Assembly: GCA_040222015.1 (NCBI GenBank)
Contig: JAVJWO010000115.1
Span: forward strand, 1 to 16,885
From: Coleofasciculus chthonoplastes F2-STO-03
Lineage (GTDB): Bacteria > Cyanobacteriota > Cyanobacteriia > Cyanobacteriales > Coleofasciculaceae
Length of the DNA: 16,885 bases
Direction of reading: 5' to 3'
The position numbers were made by a program, and so were the translations under genes. The notes beneath the pieces are model-generated. The model ran no database searches. It had not been told where the DNA came from and saw only the letters and a program-made list of their open reading frames with translations. Position 1 is the stretch's first letter. Each line of letters begins with the position of its first letter. Below are positions 14,252-16,885 of this stretch, one piece after another.

Positions 14252-14455
14252 CTAGACTTTATTGAGCTTCCGTTGTAGGTAAGTGATCATTTCTCCTACA
14301 GCTTCGAGCTTACCTCTCAGTTTCCACACACTTTCACTGTTTTCTCCTCTTGATTCGATGACATTAAGAGTCCGTTGGTATTCGGTCTGACGCTCTAACC
14401 AGTAATCCAAATCCTGACTAGAGACGGATGGAGACTGATCGCTAGAATTACTCAA
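14252..14455 (-). CDS. Small hypothetical protein (67 aa, helical)
   Basis: TTG start preceded by a GAGGA SD at suitable spacing; amphipathic helical composition; co-oriented just downstream of the acyltransferase. Confidence 0.7.
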   Translation of the reverse strand: MSNSSDQSPSVSSQDLDYWLERQTEYQRTLNVIESRGENSESVWKLRGKLEAVGEMITYLQRKLNKV

Positions 14456-14548
14456 GGTACTATCCTCAACTCAATACCATGTTAATTCTCACAATATCCC
14501 CTTTTTCAAAAAATCGCTGCCATTCTCATTAGTTTTAATTGTGTCCAC

Positions 14549-15394
14549 CTACTTATTAGCCACCTTAACTAAACAGTCCAGTTCCCATTGCATCTGAGTA
14601 CAGACTTTTTCATAGCAAGCATTGACATATTCGCGATCGCTAGCTGCATCACGACCATACCGTTCAAAGACAATCGGCGCACAAACACGAGTGGAAATTT
14701 GGACAGGCAAGGGAATATTGGGTAGTGGTCCAATCGCCAATCCCCACGGTAGACCTAAATAAACTGGAAAAACTTCTGGATCAAGACCAAATAACCAGGG
14801 GAAAAGTCCCCAATCGTGCAATTGTCGAATCTGGTCGTAAAAATCAGCCAGGACAATCAATGTATCATGAGCGCCATGAGAAATAACGGGTATAATCGGC
14901 ACACCTTCCCGTAATGCCAGCTTAATAAACCCTTGACGCCCCGCAAAATGGATTTTATTCCGCATGGTATGGGGACGAAAGACATCCTGTGCCCCCCCAG
15001 GATAGACGAGGACACTAGCACCTCGACGCAAAGCCGCGATCGCCATTTTGGGATAAGTCCTGATTGCCCCCGTCTTAGCCGCTAGTCGTGCCGTGTTTGG
15101 GTCAATTTTCCAGCCATTGGGGTGCATCAGACCATAAACCGGACGTTCGGTACCAAAATGCCGAAACCAGTCATACATGACCATGATCATATCCGGTGCG
15201 ACGAGTCCGCCATTGTGAGACCCCACAAATAAGGCGTTACCCTGATCCCGAATGTGATGCCAACCATCGGTTTTCACCCGAAAGTAGTAGTGGTAAAACC
15301 ATCCCCATAAGGGCATGAAAGATTGGATGGTTTGGGGATCACGTTCATCGAGTGACCACCCGGGTTGGTCGTTTGGGATTGAGTTACCATTCAT
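14549..15394 (-). CDS. Lysophospholipid/glycerol acyltransferase family protein (PlsC/DAGAT-like)
   Basis: LFVGSHNGGLVAPD (catalytic His...Asp), VLVYPGG and GFIKLALREGVPIIPV. Confidence 0.9.
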   Translation of the reverse strand: MNGNSIPNDQPGWSLDERDPQTIQSFMPLWGWFYHYYFRVKTDGWHHIRDQGNALFVGSHNGGLVAPDMIMVMYDWFRHFGTERPVYGLMHPNGWKIDPNTARLAAKTGAIRTYPKMAIAALRRGASVLVYPGGAQDVFRPHTMRNKIHFAGRQGFIKLALREGVPIIPVISHGAHDTLIVLADFYDQIRQLHDWGLFPWLFGLDPEVFPVYLGLPWGLAIGPLPNIPLPVQISTRVCAPIVFERYGRDAASDREYVNACYEKVCTQMQWELDCLVKVANK

Positions 15395-15616
15395 GAACGA
15401 AACAAAATGTTGGGTTGGGCGGATTCTGACTAAAAGCAGAAGAGTATAAGCTTACTTTTCACCGGATCTGGAAAACATTTCTCCAAACCTCTCTCCTGCT
15501 CGGAGTATAAGAGGCACAACCTGAGTGACTTTCTTCGAGAAACAGGATGACTTGCATCCTTGATAAATATTAACGGAACTCAATGCATAAGGCTCTACTT
15601 GCAGTATTCTCAGTCG

Positions 15617-15659
15617 AAAAAAAAACCCCCTAGGTGAGCCTCGAAGACACCGCTAGGGG
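15617..15659 (-). terminator. Rho-independent terminator (minus strand)
   Basis: CCCCTAG/CTAGGGG stem with inner GGTG/CACC, and A9 at 15617-15625 on the plus strand (U9 in the minus-strand RNA). Confidence 0.8.
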
Positions 15660-15735
15660 ATTCCCAAACAACCTAAACACTAAACAGGAGAATAACGACC
15701 ACGTTGGAATGCGTTTAAGCTCCCTTACTTACCTA
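15617..15735 (-). ncRNA. Candidate small RNA with anti-SD motif and strong terminator (5' end uncertain)
   Basis: Minus strand reads ...GTTATTCTCCTGTTTAGTGTTTAGGTTGTTTGGGAAT-CCCCTAGCGGTG...CACCTAGGGGG-T9. No minus-strand CDS lies upstream to account for the terminator. Confidence 0.5.
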
Positions 15736-15924
15736 GTTTGCACCCCCGAACGGCTTTTTATGTTTAGCTATGATGAAAAGCGTGTAAAGATTTGATGAAT
15801 TTTTGCCTGATCAAGTAACTCATATCACATTTTGCTCTAGTGGGGGTGAGGGGTAGCACCCATCACAATGCTTGGGGAAATCCTTGGGAAATTGATAGTA
15901 CAACTCCAGTTTTCCCCAAACATT

Positions 15925-16740
15925 ATGGATACTAACGAACTCCTGCGGCGTTATCTAGCCAGGGAACGGAATTTTCAGGGTGCTAATCTCAGGAAGATCA
16001 ATCTTATGGGTGCTGATCTTAACGGTGCTGACTTGATTGGTGCTGATTTGAGTGGTGCTGATCTCAGGGGTACTCAACTGATTGACGCCGATTTAAGCAA
16101 CACGGATCTCAGCCGAGTTAATCTCAGTGGCGCTAACCTGAAACAGGCTAACTTAAGCGGTGTCAATTTAAATGCAGCTAACCTGAGCCGCACTTTCTTG
16201 ATGCATGCCGATCTCAGAGGCGCGACTTTGATTGAGGCGAACCTCATGGATGCTGACTTAGCGGATGTTAATCTCAGCCGAGTTAATCTCACTCAAGTTA
16301 ATCTCAGCCGAGCTAACTTAAGTAGTGCGAACTTATTTGGAGCCATCCTAAAGGAAGCCATTATGGTGGGCGCTGATCTGAGTGGTGCTTTTTTAATTGG
16401 TGCTGACTTAAGCGATACCAACTTAAGTGGCGCTAATCTCAGCGGTGCTGATTTGAGAGGAAGCAATCTCAGTCGGGTTAACCTCAGTGGTGCTGATCTG
16501 TTCGGTGTGAATCTGAGTGGTGCTAATCTGACTCAGGCTACTTTGAATCGGGCGAACTTAAGCTATAGCAATCTGAGTAATACTAATCTCACAGAAGTTG
16601 ATCTGAAGATTACCGACGTAGAGAACGCTCGATTTGGAGAGAATGAGGGACTCTCTGAAACCAACCAGTTTGATTTGCAGCGACGCGGGGCAATCTGGGA
16701 AATGACGAGTTTTAGTGTGGGGGGAATGCCAGGTTCTTAG
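15925..16740 (+). CDS. Pentapeptide repeat protein
   Basis: About 40 tandem A(D/N)LxX units after the typical cap MDTNELLRRY...ERNF. ATG at 15925 is preferred over 15868. Confidence 0.95.
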   Translation: MDTNELLRRYLARERNFQGANLRKINLMGADLNGADLIGADLSGADLRGTQLIDADLSNTDLSRVNLSGANLKQANLSGVNLNAANLSRTFLMHADLRGATLIEANLMDADLADVNLSRVNLTQVNLSRANLSSANLFGAILKEAIMVGADLSGAFLIGADLSDTNLSGANLSGADLRGSNLSRVNLSGADLFGVNLSGANLTQATLNRANLSYSNLSNTNLTEVDLKITDVENARFGENEGLSETNQFDLQRRGAIWEMTSFSVGGMPGS

Positions 16741-16745
16741 GGATG

Positions 16746-16885
16746 GTCAACTACTCAGGGTTACTTCGTTGAACCCTGAGCTTGAAAGAGCCAGATTTCA
16801 ATAACAGTTGTCTACCACGATTAGTCTGACACTGGCACACACGGCGGGATGTTCTCCTAGTCCAGCCTGCTGTAAGACCCCTGGC
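16746..16885 (+). ncRNA. 5' part of a HEARO/IscB omega-RNA-like scaffold (IS200/IS605-family element end), truncated by the window edge
   Basis: GTCAACTAC, then hairpin CTCAGGGTT/AACCCTGAG, then GCTT-GAAA-GAGC, then AGTTGTC pairing back to GTCAACT, then GGCACACAC and GGGATGTTCTCCTAGTCC. This order matches the HEARO-type layout as recalled. Confidence 0.7.

Noticed and set aside
15686..15795. Plus-strand 28-aa ORF (MRLSSLTYLV...) after an AGGAG
   Set aside because: The AGGAG is about 18 nt from the ATG, too far for an SD; the minus-strand terminator better supports an sRNA reading.
15925..16620. 15-nt periodic DNA repeats as a separate repeat element
   Set aside because: Fully explained by pentapeptide-repeat coding.

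Overview
Cyanobacterial chromosomal window, probably from a filamentous Oscillatoriales-type strain (inferred from psbO, acsF, HIP1 GCGATCGC sites and short tandem repeats). The left half (1-8300, all minus strand) looks like an accessory block and is poor in HIP1 sites. It encodes three oxidative enzymes in series, each carrying an extra beta-rich, lectin-like domain: a peroxidase-cyclooxygenase-family heme peroxidase, a secreted galactose-oxidase-type (AA5) copper radical oxidase with all four catalytic motifs, and an AnaPX-like DyP peroxidase fused to LamG. Downstream are a cysteine dioxygenase that keeps the mammalian-type Cys/Tyr cross-link residues and a SAM methyltransferase that appears truncated, possibly by an IS end. 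The right half is mostly core genome: rdgB, a phosphoglucomutase/phosphomannomutase, a hypothetical gene, psbO, acsF, a small hypothetical gene, an acyltransferase and a pentapeptide-repeat protein. Non-coding signals are two inverted copies of a 68-bp GTAG-REP-like element, a rod-like hairpin in the psbO leader, two orphan terminators suggesting sRNAs, and the 5' part of a HEARO/IscB omega-RNA-like element at the right edge. All family assignments come from motif recognition; no database searches were run.
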